Positions 43,259 through 56,300 of a stretch of DNA of 64,000 bases are shown in pieces. The stretch is taken from assembly GCA_019828565.1 (NCBI GenBank), contig JAHDYR010000009.1:248001-312000 (forward strand). The letters run 5' to 3'. The position numbers were made by a program, and so were the translations under genes. Below the pieces are notes generated by a model, which made no database searches, was not told the origin of the DNA, and was given only the letters and a program-made list of their open reading frames with translations. Every line of letters starts with the position of its first letter. Positions within the stretch are counted from its first letter, which is position 1. This DNA comes from Carpediemonas membranifera BICM. Taxonomy: Eukaryota > Protista > Fornicata.

Positions 43259-46200
43259 ATGAAGCCAGAAGCCACCACGGAGAGCATTGGTGGCGCATTA
43301 GAGAACAACAGAGCAGAAAGTGATAGAACAAGGTCTGAAATCGGCGATATACCCGCTAGCGTGCAGGATTCAACGATCCTACCTGATACCAACGCTACAG
43401 AGCAGGAAGAGAAGCAGAACCGCGCGCACGAGCTATTACAGAAGGCTACACATCATTCCCGCGCCGGCGATCATTCTCGTGCGAAAACCTTTGCTTTGAA
43501 GGCGATCGCTCTCCTTGAAGAGACAGATTTCCACGTCGAGCTCGCTGTAGCGCACCACAACCTCGCCGTGGAGCACGAGTTTCTCAAGGCGTACCATCAG
43601 GCAATAGACGAGTACGACAAGTGTGCCAGGATCCTCCACAAGCACACGGACGTCACCGACGACGTTCCCGCCCAGTTGCTGCAGGCAAGGAAGGATGCAA
43701 GAGCACTGCTGCTGTCCAAGATCACATACACAGGCCCAGCACGGCGAGCGAAGTCACCCGACCAGACACAGAAACCGTCGAGCTATGGCTTGAAGCGGAT
43801 GACCGTGCAGCACAAGGTGGTGAGGTCAGCAAAGGCCAGGCCTGGGTCAACTATCAAGCCGACTCGACCCAGCAGCGGGGGTAGGCCAAGACCACCGAGG
43901 ACCAAGCGCTCACTCACCCCGGTCCAGGGGTTCTTCGACTCGAACCCGACTCTGGCCCGTTTCCAGCTGTCGACCAAGCAGACGCCGACCCCGACTGGGC
44001 GGAAGTTTGCATTCCCACTGGCTAAGGGTAGCTCTTACGAGCCGCAGAAGGCGTTTGACGTTACCGTGCCGCTGAATGTGAGTTTGCCAAAAATTGATCG
44101 GACGCCGAAGAAAAGTACCGTCAGAAAGCCAGCTACAGCTGGAGCTAATGGACGAGCTGGCCGTGCGTTACCCAGCGTGCCTAGACGATCGAATGGAGAG
44201 CCCGATGAGAACTTCCCAACCCCCAAACCAGTGCTTATTGGGAGAAAGACTCCAATCAAAGTCAGGGCATGCTCGCCAGTCGTCAGAGACCGTCTTAAGG
44301 CCCAACACGAGAGAATAGAGGCCGAGCTCGAATACGGTGAAGAGGAGCCCCAAGATGATTTGACTGCGTCATTTGATAATTCCCCGAGACCACTCACCGC
44401 CTCCCCCGGCACTCCAGTACCGTTGACGAGCGATCGCCCAAGTTTGAAGGGGACGCCGGTTACTGATTCAGACGCTGATGACAAGTTCACATGGACGACC
44501 ACAATTAGTGATGTAAGGGAGGGAGCTGAGACTCCGGATAGACTCAACAGATTGCCGGAGATTGGAGAAGTGACATCGTCGGTCATTGAATCTGATTTCG
44601 AGACTGAGGACGAGTTTTCTGAAGGGATGAGGCAGACACCGCACTTTGAGGGGCAGTTTGAGCTCAACTTCGAGCGGGTAGCCGAGGGGTACGACCTGGG
44701 TGACGCCGACGAGAAGATCGAAGCTGACGCTGAGCAGGCCGACGCCGACGAGAAGATCGAGGCCGACTCCGACGAGAAGATCGAAGCTGACGCTGAGCAG
44801 GCCGACGCCGACGAGAAGATCGAAGCTGACGCTGAGCAGGCCGACGCCGACGAGAAGATCGAAGCTGACGCTGAGCAGGCCGACTCCGACGAGAAGATCG
44901 AAGCCGACGCCGACGAGAAGATCGAGGCCGACGCTGAGCAGGCCGACGCCGACGAGAAGATCGAAGCTGACGCTGAGCAGGCCGACGCCGACGAGAAGAT
45001 CGAGGCCGACTCCGACGAGAAGATCGAAGCTGACGCTGAGCAGGCCGACGCCGACGAGAAGATCGAGGCCGACGCTGAGCAGGCCGACTCCGATGAGAAG
45101 ATCGAAGCCGACTCCGACGAGAAGATCGAAGCTGACGCTGAGCAGGCCGACTCCGACGAGAAGATCGAAGCCGACTCCGACGAGAAGATCGAAGCTGACG
45201 CTGAGCAGGCCGACTCCGACGAGAAGATCGAAGCCGACTCCGACGAGAAGATCGAAGCTGACGCTGAGCAGGCCGACGCCGACGAGAAGATCGAGGCCGA
45301 CTCCGACGAGAAGATCGAAGCTGACGCTGAGCAGGCCGACTCCGACGAGAAGATCGAAGCTGACGCTGAGCAGGCCGACGCCGACGAGAAGATCGAAGCT
45401 GACGCTGAGCAGGCCGACGCCGACGAGAAGATCGAAGCCGACTCCGACGAGAAGATCGAAGCTGACGCTGAGCAGGCCGACTCCGACGAGAAGATCGAAG
45501 CTGACGCTGAGCAGGCCGACTCCGACGAGAAGATCGAAGCTGACGCTGAGCAGGCCGACTCCGACGAGAAGATCGAAGCCGACTCCGACGAGAAGATCGA
45601 AGCTGACGCTGAGCAGGCCGACTCCGACGAGAAGATCGAAGCCGACTCCGACGAGAAGATCGAAGCTGACGCTGAGCAGGCCGACTCCGACGAGAAGATC
45701 GAAGCTGACGCTGAGCAGGCCGACTCCGACGAGAAGATCGAGGCCGACTCCGACGAGAAGATCGAAGCTGACGCTGAGCAGGCCGACTCCGACGAGAAGA
45801 TCGAAGCCGACTCCGACGAGAAGATCGAGGCCGACGCTGAGCAGGCCGACTCCGACGAGAAGATCGAAGCCGACTCCGACGAGAAGATCGAAGCTGACGC
45901 TGAGCAGGCCGACGCCGACGAGAAGATCGAAGCCGACTCCGACGAGAAGATCGAAGCTGACGCTGAGCAGGCCGACGCCGACGAGAAGATCGAGGCCGAC
46001 GCTGAGCAGGCCGACTCCGATGAGAAGATCGAAGCCGACTCCGACGAGAAGATCGAAGCTGACGCTGAGCAGGCCGACTCCGACGAGAAGATCGAGGCCG
46101 ACTCGACGAGAAGATCGAAGCTGACGCTGAGCAGGCCGACGCCGACGAGAAGATCCGAAGCCGACTCCGACGAAGATCGAAGCTGACGCTGAGCAGGCCG

Positions 46201-49200
46201 ACGCCGACGAGAAGATCGAGGCCGACTCCGACGAGAAGATCGAAGCTGACGCTGAGCAGGCCGACGCCGACGAGAAGATCGAGGCCGACTCCGACGAGAA
46301 GATCGAAGCTGACGCTGAGCAGGCCGACGCCGACGAGAAGATCGAGGCCGACTCCGACGAGAAGATCGAAGCTGACGCTGAGCAGGCCGACGCCGACGAG
46401 AAGATCGAAGCCGACTCCGACGAGAAGATCGAAGCTGACGCTGAGCAGGCCGACTCCGACGAGAAGATCGAGGCCGACTCCGACGAGAAGATCGAAGCTG
46501 ACGCTGAGCAGGCCGACGCCGACGAGAAGATCGAAGCTGACGCAAAGATCGAAGCTGACGCTGAGCAGGCCGACGCCGACGAGAAGATCGAGGCCGACTC
46601 CGACGAGAAGATCGAAGCTGACGCTGAGCAGGCCGACGCCGACGAGAAGATCGAGGCCGACTCCGACGAGAAGATCGAAGCTGACGCTGAGCAGGCCGAC
46701 GCCGACGAGAAGATCGAAGCCGACTCCGACGAGAAGATCGAAGCTGACGCTGAGCAGGCCGACGCCGACGAGAAGATCGAGGCCGACGCTGAGCAGGCCG
46801 ACGCCGACGAGAAGATCGAAGCTGACGCTGAGCAGGCCGACGCCGACGAGAAGATCGAAGCTGACGCTGAGCAGGCCGACGCCGACGAGAAGATCGAGGC
46901 CGACGCTGAGCAGGCCGACGCCGACGAGAAGATCGAAGCTGACGCTGAGCAGGCCGACTCCGACGAGAAGATCGAAGCCGACTCCGACGAGAAGATCGAA
47001 GCTGACGCTGAGCAGGCCGACGCCGACGAGAAGATCGAGGCCGACTCCGACGAGAAGATCGAAGCTGACGCTGAGCAGGCCGACTCCGACGAGAAGATCG
47101 AGGCCGACTCCGACGAGAAGATCGAAGCTGACGCTGAGCAGGCCGACTCCGACGAGAAGATCGAAGCTGACGCTGAGCAGGCCGACTCCGACGAGAAGAT
47201 CGAAGCCGACTCCGACGAGAAGATCGAAGCTGACGCTGAGCAGGCCGACGCCGACGAGAAGATCGAGGCCGACGCTGAGCAGGCCGACGCCGACGAGAAG
47301 ATCGAAGCTGACGCTGAGCAGGCCGACTCCGACGAGAAGATCGAAGCCGACTCCGACGAGAAGATCGAAGCTGACGCTGAGCAGGCCGACGCCGACGAGA
47401 AGATCGAGGCCGACGCTGAGCAGGCCGACTCCGACGAGAAGATCGAAGCCGACTCCGACGAGAAGATCGAGGCCGACGCTGAGCAGGCCGACTCCGATGA
47501 GAAGATCGAGGCCGACTCCGACGAGAAGATCGAAGCTGACGCTGAGCAGGCCGACTCCGACGAGAAGATCGAAGCCGACTCCGACGAGAAGATCGAGGCC
47601 GACGCTGAGCAGGCCGACTCCGATGAGAAGATCGAAGCCGACTCCGACGAGAAGATCGAAGCTGACGCTGAGCAGGCCGACTCCGACGAGAAGATCGAAG
47701 CCGACTCCGACGAGAAGATCGAAGCTGACGCTGAGCAGGCCGACTCCGACGAGAAGATCGAAGCCGACTCCGACGAGAAGATCGAAGCTGACGCTGAGCA
47801 GGCCGACTCCGACGAGAAGATCGAAGCCGACTCCGACGAGAAGATCGAAGCTGACGCTGAGCAGGCCGACGCCGACGAGAAGATCGAAGCCGACTCCGAC
47901 GAGAAGATCGAAGCTGACGCTGAGCAGGCCGACTCCGACGAGAAGATCGAAGCCGACTCCGACGAGAAGATCGAAGCTGACGCTGAGCAGGCCGACTCCG
48001 ACGAGAAGATCGAAGCTGACGCTGAGCAGGCCGACGCCGACGAGAAGATCGAAGCTGACGCTGAGCAGGCCGACGCCGACGAGAAGATCGAGGCCGACGC
48101 TGAGCAGGCCGACGCCGACGAGAAGATCGAAGCTGACGCTGAGCAGGCCGACTCCGACGAGAAGATCGAAGCCGACTCCGACGAGAAGATCGAGGCCGAC
48201 GCTGAGCAGGCCGACTCCGACGAGAAGATCGAAGCCGACTCCGACGAGAAGATCGAAGCTGACGCTGAGCAGGCCGACTCCGACGAGAAGATCGAAGCTG
48301 ACGCTGAGCAGGCCGACGCCGACGAGAAGATCGAAGCTGACGCTGAGCAGGCCGACGCCGACGAGAAGATCGAGGCCGACTCCGACGAGAAGATCGAAGC
48401 TGACGCTGAGCAGGCCGACGCCGACGAGAAGATCGAGGCCGACGCTGAGCAGGCCGACTCCGACGAGAAGATCGAAGCCGACTCCGACGAGAAGATCGAG
48501 GCCGACGCTGAGCAGGCCGACTCCGACGAGAAGATCGAAGCCGACTCCGACGAGAAGATCGAAGCTGACGCTGAGCAGGCCGACGCCGACGAGAAGATCG
48601 AGGCCGACTCCGACGAGAAGATCGAAGCTGACGCTGAGCAGGCCGACTCCGACGAGAAGATCGAGGCCGACTCCGACGAGAAGATCGAAGCTGACGCTGA
48701 GCAGGCCGACGCCGACGAGAAGATCGAAGCCGACTCCGACGAGAAGATCGAAGCTGACGCTGAGCAGGCCGACTCCGACGAGAAGATCGAAGCCGACTCC
48801 GACGAGAAGATCGAAGCTGACGCTGAGCAGGCCGACTCCGACGAGAAGATCGAAGCCGACTCCGACGAGAAGATCGAAGCTGACGCTGAGCAGGCCGACT
48901 CCGACGAGAAGATCGAAGCCGACTCCGACGAGAAGATCGAAGCTGACGCTGAGCAGGCCGACGCCGATGAGAAGATCGAAGCCGACTCCGACGAGAAGAT
49001 CGAAGCTGACGCTGAGCAGGCCGACGCCGACGAGAAGATCGAGGCCGACGCTGAGCAGGCCGACTCCGACGAGAAGATCGAAGCCGACGCTGAGCAGCCC
49101 CTCCACCCACGCATCCTACAGGTGGACGGCAGCCCGACCCGCATCTACAGCGACCACATCACGAGCACCATCAAGCTCACCGCCGCAGTCGGCACCGCCA

Positions 49201-49532
49201 TCACCCAGGCCGAGCAGGCCGCAGAGCAGGCCGAGGCCATGACGAGGAAGCTGTCGCACCCCGCCTTCCCCACCCGATCCTACTTCCTCCCCGCTGCTGA
49301 CGAGAACGCCGGTAACCACGGAGTCAATGCGGAGTCCCCCGAGCCTAGTGCCTCAGTGCTCAGTGGCCGGAGCTCCACGATGAGCCAGCACGAGGGATCT
49401 CAGTTCATCAAGGACCAGATCCGAAAGACACTCACCAATGCTGACAAGCTGCTTGAAGGGACTGACGCCAAGGTCACATGGGGCCGGAGTATCGCTGTGC
49501 CGCCCCTGCCTGGAAGACTCACTGTTGATTAG
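43259..49532 (+). CDS. giant acidic repeat protein with N-terminal TPR-like helices (apparent frameshifts at about 46104-46175)
   Basis: LAVAHHNLAVEHEFL is TPR-like. The repeat frame continues into ORF 49122-49532 after indels of -1, +1 and -2. Confidence 0.75.
44701..49097 (+). repeat. coding minisatellite of interspersed 39-bp and 24-bp units
   Basis: 39-bp unit encodes DEKIEADAEQAD(A/S); 24-bp unit encodes DEKIEADS. Confidence 0.98.
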
Positions 49533-51283
49533 ACGTGCATTTTACTTATTTTACTCTTTTTTAAAGATCTCTCTTTCCTTCCTGAACGGGTCGTTGGAGA
49601 CAGTGGAGGTGATACTGGCTGGTCAACTGGAGTCAAAGTCGCTTGTGGAGTTTTTACACGAGCACCAGAGCATTGCGTTTGAACATCAATCCAGGGTGGT
49701 CTGGTCGTGGAACCCATCAAATCTAGTCTTGACCAGTGGAGACGGCTACTAGGACTGTTGATGGGATCACTCGGCCGGGCCAACCATGACTCAGGTTGCT
49801 GTGCCTGTGAATGTCCTTGCTCTTGGCAATGTCCTTGTTCCTGGCGTTGCATTGCTCAAATGTCGACCATCCGTGAATCCGATGAGGTCAACCTGTCAAA
49901 GTACCACTAATGAGTGCGTGGCATTGGGCCAGCGCGAGCGTGGTGTTATTTATTTATGAAGACCTGCATTTACAGGCCAGGACTGCGTGCAGCTGGGGCG
50001 AGAGGCGACGCGGGCCATGATGATCAGAGACAAGGCTCTTGGAAATCTTTATCCCACGCCCCGTACTCCTGTCCCGATATTCACTCACGTAGACGCGGCT
50101 ATCCATGGGAAAGGCTGCACCTGGATCAGGGAAGGGGGTCTGCAGTACAGTCGGGCAGAGTCGTCACTCCGGCCGGGTCGACGTTACCAGGCAATTCACA
50201 AAAGACGTCCCGTTTATCCAACGTTCCATTCGCTGATGAGTTGTTAAAGGGAGCGTTAGTCGACCCGTTGGCGGCGCTGTAGGGCGTCTTCCGACCTCAT
50301 TCATTGCTTACATGCAACTTCTCATGCGTGGCCACCCAACCCGCGGCAACCCTTTGCCCAGCCGACGTCACCATCAGTCATCACACTGCCAAGGAACAAT
50401 ATCCAAGCCACGTTCCTCCCGCCAAGGTGATCTTCCTTTTTTTCGCGCATTTTTTCTCACAACTCATCATGGCATGGTTGTGTGAATTGTGTGAACTCGC
50501 GATTCATGCAGTTAGTGATGCTGATTTCGTACTCTTTCTCTCTTCTACACGTCTAGATCGCATTTATTCTCGCTATCTTTGTTTCGGTCTCTCCACGGTG
50601 CCGAACTAAACAACATCAATCAGGTGCGCCGACGGGACCCTGGAGCGGCAACAAGGTAAGTCCGCCACCATCATATGATGTCAGAATCCTAGCTGTGCGC
50701 CACGGCGTCTTCGGACCCGTGGGATTGCATTGGCCTCTGGCCCTTGCTGCACACCGGGACAGCCGCGCCACTTTGTACGGCGTGGAACCCGAGTTAGTGC
50801 TAGGAACGTGTGGATAGTATGAGACTACCGCGCGACATCAGATGGACCTGGGACATTGAGCCTAGATGATACACTTGGACAACCCCGCAGCTGCTGGGAC
50901 TGGCGAGTGTATGCGGGAGGGCAGCCCGCGGCGTGGAGCCCCCATTGGAGTCATACCCATGGGGGGTCATTTTCGTCCGAAATCCAGCACGCCAACTCTC
51001 TGCCCGGCTTCAGCAAGTCTGCCGTGAAGTAACAACGAGTCATGATATGTGCTATCGCCACGACGACAATGCGGAGTCATTTATCTCTCTAAAGATGATG
51101 TTACAGCAGAGACCACCATCAGCCCGAGCGACCAGCGACCCCTTTGAAACGCCCATAAACGCTGTATTTATGGCGTGCAATGCTGTTTCGCAGGTCTGCG
51201 GTGCCAGGAGAGCGTAGCTTAAGGTGCCTCGCCTGAGTCGAGAAGTCACCATTTTTCGTTTTCCAGAGTGCTGGAAAGCTCGA

Positions 51284-53082
51284 ATGTTTGTCTCGACACC
51301 GAAGAACATCCAAGTTGTATTCAGAGCTGGTGCTACCAAGCTGGACAACAAGGATATGGCCTACGTGAACAAGATCAACCAGGAGAAGTCTAAGAAATCC
51401 TTCTTCGACCGTGTGCTGTTCGTATCTCTCGTTTCAAGCCTTATTAAGCGACGAATTTGCCAAGATGGAGCGTGATCTCGGCCTTGCACAGCAAGCTACG
51501 ATGCTGCTCGGCATGGCTCGCGTGCACCACCGAAACACCGAGGATCTCGCCAGTATGTGCCTACCACCACCAAGCTCACACAGAAGACTCCAATGCCGCT
51601 CTCCGCAGAGCTCTCATAGGCGACCAGAACAAGAGGAAGCAGAAGAAAAAGGCCGCTGTGCTTATTGAGAAGGCTGCCGACGAGCTGTTCGAGTTGATGG
51701 ATGATGGCATCGACGACCTCAGCGCCTTCGCCAATGCCGGCGACGAGGTGTACCACGGATTTGCCGCAACAATGCTCAGCTCAAACTACAACGACAAGAC
51801 GCAAAACACTTCTTCTTTCAGCGCCACTGACCAGAACCCCGGCGCTGTCCACCAGAGGCTGTACGAGGATTCCATCAACAGACCTAACTTCGATCTCCAC
51901 GGGGCTGAGCGCGAGTTCGAGGAGGAGGCTGCCCGTTCCACTGTTGGCGATGATGAGTACGTCAACGACTTCCTCAACGACCAGATAGACGGTATGGATG
52001 ACCTCGATATGGTTGGCGGAATGGCCGATCTAGGCGATTTCGGGGACGCAAACCCCCTGAGCGGTGGTTTCGAGGACCCCGACGCTGATGATGGCACGCA
52101 GCCTCTTCCTGCAGAACTTCAGTCCGATGGCGAGGCCGGCGATGGTGAGGCACCGGCGGCTAAACCTGCGCAAAAGAAGAAGAAGCCTGCCAAGAAGAAG
52201 GGGAAGGTGACCAAGGACAAGGCGATCAGCCTGACAGACGCCGAGTTCCGGTACCAGCTCGCCCACTCCCATCTGACGACGGTGCGGCGCCCCACCATCC
52301 TCGACTATGACCCTTTCATCGAGGACAGTGGAGACCTCGTGCCCCTCGAGTATGACGACTGGCTGCACAACAAGCTCGTGGCCCGGATGATCGCGTTGCA
52401 TGACCAGCAGGCCGAGCCCAAGATCAAGAGCACCAAGAAGAAAACTCAGAAGGACAACGGCGAAGTTGCCGCCGGGGAGCTTTCGGAGGACGCCGCGCTC
52501 GACGAGATCTTCGGTGCCGCTGCCGTCGACGGCCCCGATGCCGTCCAGGACTTCGACCTCCCCGAGGACGACTTTGGCGGCTTTGCCCCAGCGATGGACG
52601 AGCCTGACTTCGAGGACAACGGCCTCCAGCCCCTGCCCCGCACTGAACGCCCGGCCCCGGGCATGTTTACTGATGATGATCTCAAGGCGATGCCTCTGCC
52701 CGTGGCGACAACTGTCTTGAGCGATAAGGCGTTCCTCCGGTATGCTAATGTTGTTGAGACGGAGGACAAGGCAATGGCTGCGGAGATCCAGGAGCGTGTG
52801 ATGGAGAACGAGGGCAAGAACAAGCGCCATGAGGATGACCGGGCCGGCATGTACATCGCCGCCGTGGTGAACAGTCTGAAGGATGGCGAGGCGGTCGAGA
52901 TCGAGAAGATCATCCGCCGCGACGAGATGAAGGTGACCTCTAAGGAGCAGGCCCAAGACAAGCGCCATGCGACGGCCGTGCTGTTCATGCAGTCACTTCA
53001 TCTCATCCGTGATGGCACCGTCGGGTACGAGCAGGGGAAGGGGCTCAGCATGAAGCTCAAGCGGAAAGCAGCCAATATGTAA
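51284..53082 (+). CDS. Rad21/Rec8-like kleisin
   Basis: join(51284..51410,51439..51552,51584..53082) with 28- and 31-nt introns. N-terminal LGLAQQATMLLGMARVHHRNTEDLAKDSNAAL, acidic linker, winged-helix-like TAVLFMQSLHLIRDGTVGYEQ. Confidence 0.72.
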
Positions 53083-53301
53083 ACGGTGGGAGACTTGGAT
53101 GAGACCATCGCCCTTGCCGTTGCACCATGGGCTGTCACCCCAAGGCCAGTGCCACTTCCAGATGTCGCCGACTGGGACCTAGCGCGACCTCTTCAACCCT
53201 TGTCTGGGCGTGTGGGTGTACAGCATGGCCGTCGTCTGAGTTGATTCGGATGACTGCAAGATTTCCGAGATCGATCGTATCGATCACAGTTTCTTCAACG
53301 C

Positions 53302-54354
53302 ATGCCCGAAAGAAAGGCAAGCCTTCGCGACGCAGTTCGAGCTTGGGGTGGTTTACTGCTTATCACAGCCCTATGCTTCGGCCTGTTCTACATTGGTCGC
53401 CACAACATCCCGTCGTCGAGAATTCAGCGATTCTGCATCATTCTCGCCGGTGTTTTCCTCATAGGCCTCATATTCATCTCCATTCCCAACTGCTGGTACG
53501 CCAACTGCCTCTCGATCATGAACTTGATGTGCGGCGTCACCGCCATGTACCTCATGGTGGAATACTCTGGCCAGATCCCCCCACAGCACCCGGACGAGCT
53601 CCTGAGGCATCCCCCAGTGCTCTCGCACACACGTATCATGCTGTATAAGAAGGAGCTTGTCCTTCTCCTCGTGTTCATCGGCCAGTTCTTTGACCTCTTC
53701 GACGGCCGTGCCGCCGAGCAGTGGGGGTCAACCCCCAAGGGTGAGTACTTCGACGACGTCGCCGACGGTACAAGCTTCGGATTCACAATTGGTGCGCTCA
53801 TCTTTGTATCAACAGAGAACCGAGTCGTTGGCCTCTTTGCCGGCGCCACGCATGCCATTAGCACCCTGTACCGCCTCGTCCGCTTCATCGTCGAGAAGCA
53901 CAAGGCGGGCCAGACCGGTGGTGTCCTCCAGTTCGACGGCATGCCGTCCCCCGCTGCCGCTCTCCTCCTCGGCTCTGGCGTGATCGTCTTCTCCCGCTTT
54001 GGAAAGCCCGGAGACCTCGCCATTGCCGCTCTCACCGCCCTGTCCTCCGCTCTCCAGGTCTCATGGACCCCCTACCCCCACCTGTCCCGCGCATTCTTTG
54101 CCTGGGTCCCTCGTCGTATGCTCACACTGTGGTTCATTGCCGGGGTGATCGGCGCGACAGTATGCACTGCCTTCCACCGGGTGTGGGTCCCCGTGTTTGC
54201 CGTGCATGTCCTGGTCATTATTTACGCCATTTCACCGCTCATCAAGGGATGGCCTCTGTTCAGCAGCCCGGCACTCATCAGCGTGCTCGAGGCGCTGTGG
54301 CTTAGATCCAAGGATGGCTCCAGGTACCTGAACAAGATGGCCAAGCAGGAGTAA
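53302..54354 (+). CDS. CDP-alcohol phosphatidyltransferase (PssA-like)
   Basis: FDLFDGRAA...GEYFDDVADGTSFG; FDGMPSPAAA. Confidence 0.88.
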   Translation: MPERKASLRDAVRAWGGLLLITALCFGLFYIGRHNIPSSRIQRFCIILAGVFLIGLIFISIPNCWYANCLSIMNLMCGVTAMYLMVEYSGQIPPQHPDELLRHPPVLSHTRIMLYKKELVLLLVFIGQFFDLFDGRAAEQWGSTPKGEYFDDVADGTSFGFTIGALIFVSTENRVVGLFAGATHAISTLYRLVRFIVEKHKAGQTGGVLQFDGMPSPAAALLLGSGVIVFSRFGKPGDLAIAALTALSSALQVSWTPYPHLSRAFFAWVPRRMLTLWFIAGVIGATVCTAFHRVWVPVFAVHVLVIIYAISPLIKGWPLFSSPALISVLEALWLRSKDGSRYLNKMAKQE

Positions 54355-54578
54355 ACATGATTTTTTTGACCTCGTCAAATTGAGACGATCTGATCTATTG
54401 ATGAAGTTAAGACTCTGCATCTCCAGCTGAGATTTATTGAATGCACTCTGGATGAAGATCGAAGCTTTGTGCCCACTCCTGTAACCCGATACTCGCCCCC
54501 GTATTGTGCTGTACTGACCAAGAGTTTGACTGCGTCATTTCACGGGAGTCAGGGGAGTCGAGGACTAAAACCCGCCAA

Positions 54579-56162
54579 ATGGCACGAGAGTTGGTGCTAG
54601 ACAGCAGCCAACGCCATCTGGAGCGATATGAGAAGTATTCCGACAGCCTCTTCGGAGTTGGGCGCTTCAAAACGGTTTATCGTGCTTTCGATCATGAGGA
54701 AGGCATAGAAGTGGCTTGGAACGAGATCCAAGTTGCTGAGAAGAGCGATGAGGAGATTAAGCGTCTGTTGAGCGAGATAGAGATCATTTCGTCCATCGAA
54801 CACCCATCCATTATCAACTTCTACGATGCCTGGAAGAGCGACGACGGTAACCAGGTGGTCTTCATCACAGAGGCGATGACCAGTGGCACCCTGACCGAGT
54901 ACATCAAGCGTGTGACCCGTGTCAAGGCTATCCGCCCCCATGTTGTCAAGCGGTGGTGCCGCCAGGTGCTCTCTGGTCTCGACTACCTGCACAAGCACAA
55001 CCCGACCATCATTCACCGCGACCTCAGCTGCGCGAACATATTTATCAACGGTAACAACGGCGAGGTGAAGATCGGCGATCTGGGCCTCTCCACATATCTC
55101 ACGGGATCAAACACAAGCACGAGTATCGGGTCCCCTGGTTTCATGGCCCCTGAGCTGTACGAGGGTCCATACGACGAGCGGGTAGACATCTATTCGTTCG
55201 GGATGTGCGTCCTCGAGATGGTAACGGGGCAGGTTCCATGGGCCGAGTGCACAAACACAGTGCAGATTTACAACCGAGTCATTAACGACGAGAAGCCCGA
55301 TGTGTTCGACACCATTCCTCCAGGCCCCTTCCGCTCCATGATCGAGCTCTGCCTGATGCCCCAGTCCGCTCGACCCACGGCCGCAGAGCTCCTCGCGTCA
55401 CACTTCCTCGACGACGACCCTGGGTCACCCTGCTCGCAGGCTATAGCCTCCCCGACGTACCAAGTAGTCAACCTTACAGTGCACATTGAGCGGCAGGAGG
55501 ATGGTGAGCGTACGACGAGCGAGATCTCTTTCCCATTCGACACTCGCCAGGACACACCGCTGTCTGTGGCCGGGGAGATGGCGAGAGAGTTCGAGCTGGA
55601 CACCGGCACCCCCATGACGCTCCAGTTCGCCGAGTGCATCCAACACGCGCTCCGCAAGACCATTGAGTTTGTCCGCCTTCACGGACCCGACGTCGAACTA
55701 CCCGACTCCTGCTGCCCGACCTTCAGGATCAGAGCAGGGTCGCCCACCGGGTCTGAGGCCGTGTACTCCCCCGGCAGGGGCCAGAGTCCTGTCAACGAGG
55801 GCTCTGACCGCAACGGCCGGGTCATCTCACCCCAGTGCCTCTTCCCGGTCGACACGCTGAGCGGCGGGGGGAGCAAGAACCCGTCTGGGGCGGTGTCGCC
55901 CGTGCCACTCTTGCTCCCGGTCGCACAACACAGTGAGTCACTGTCCTCGGCCGTTGCGGCCGCGGTGAGCGCGATGGAGCGGGAAAAGCTTGAGAAGAAC
56001 CACAACCGTAGTCGGAGCGAGGTGCCCTCCCCCAACCGGTCGCTGCCACTCTCGCCGCACCTTCTGTCGCCGGCGGGGTCGGACAAGATGCGGGTGGCGA
56101 ACAAGGAGGTGAGTAGCAAGATCACACATCTCGAGGAGCGTCTGCTGATGGGGCTGCCATGA
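54579..56162 (+). CDS. WNK-family kinase
   Basis: GVGRFKTVYRAFD.EEGIEVAWN, NGNNGEVKIGDLGL, GSPGFMAPELYE, downstream EISFPFD. Confidence 0.92.
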   Translation: MARELVLDSSQRHLERYEKYSDSLFGVGRFKTVYRAFDHEEGIEVAWNEIQVAEKSDEEIKRLLSEIEIISSIEHPSIINFYDAWKSDDGNQVVFITEAMTSGTLTEYIKRVTRVKAIRPHVVKRWCRQVLSGLDYLHKHNPTIIHRDLSCANIFINGNNGEVKIGDLGLSTYLTGSNTSTSIGSPGFMAPELYEGPYDERVDIYSFGMCVLEMVTGQVPWAECTNTVQIYNRVINDEKPDVFDTIPPGPFRSMIELCLMPQSARPTAAELLASHFLDDDPGSPCSQAIASPTYQVVNLTVHIERQEDGERTTSEISFPFDTRQDTPLSVAGEMAREFELDTGTPMTLQFAECIQHALRKTIEFVRLHGPDVELPDSCCPTFRIRAGSPTGSEAVYSPGRGQSPVNEGSDRNGRVISPQCLFPVDTLSGGGSKNPSGAVSPVPLLLPVAQHSESLSSAVAAAVSAMEREKLEKNHNRSRSEVPSPNRSLPLSPHLLSPAGSDKMRVANKEVSSKITHLEERLLMGLP

Positions 56163-56300
56163 CGGTGTTTAGACCATATCTGTATACATACTGCATACTA
56201 GTCATATAAATAAGAGTAGGGCTACAGGACGACGTTTTCGTTCTTGAAAGAGCAGTTTATGGCTTAATCTGCACGAAGCTCGAGTTCTCTAAAACTGGTC

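Noticed and set aside
44701-49097. CRISPR-like array
   Set aside because: No unique spacers; the units are codon-multiple tandem repeats inside a gene.
44035-49242. Very long minus-strand and alternative-frame ORFs over the minisatellite
   Set aside because: Artefacts of stop-free repeat units; only the acidic + frame connects to unique flanking coding sequence.
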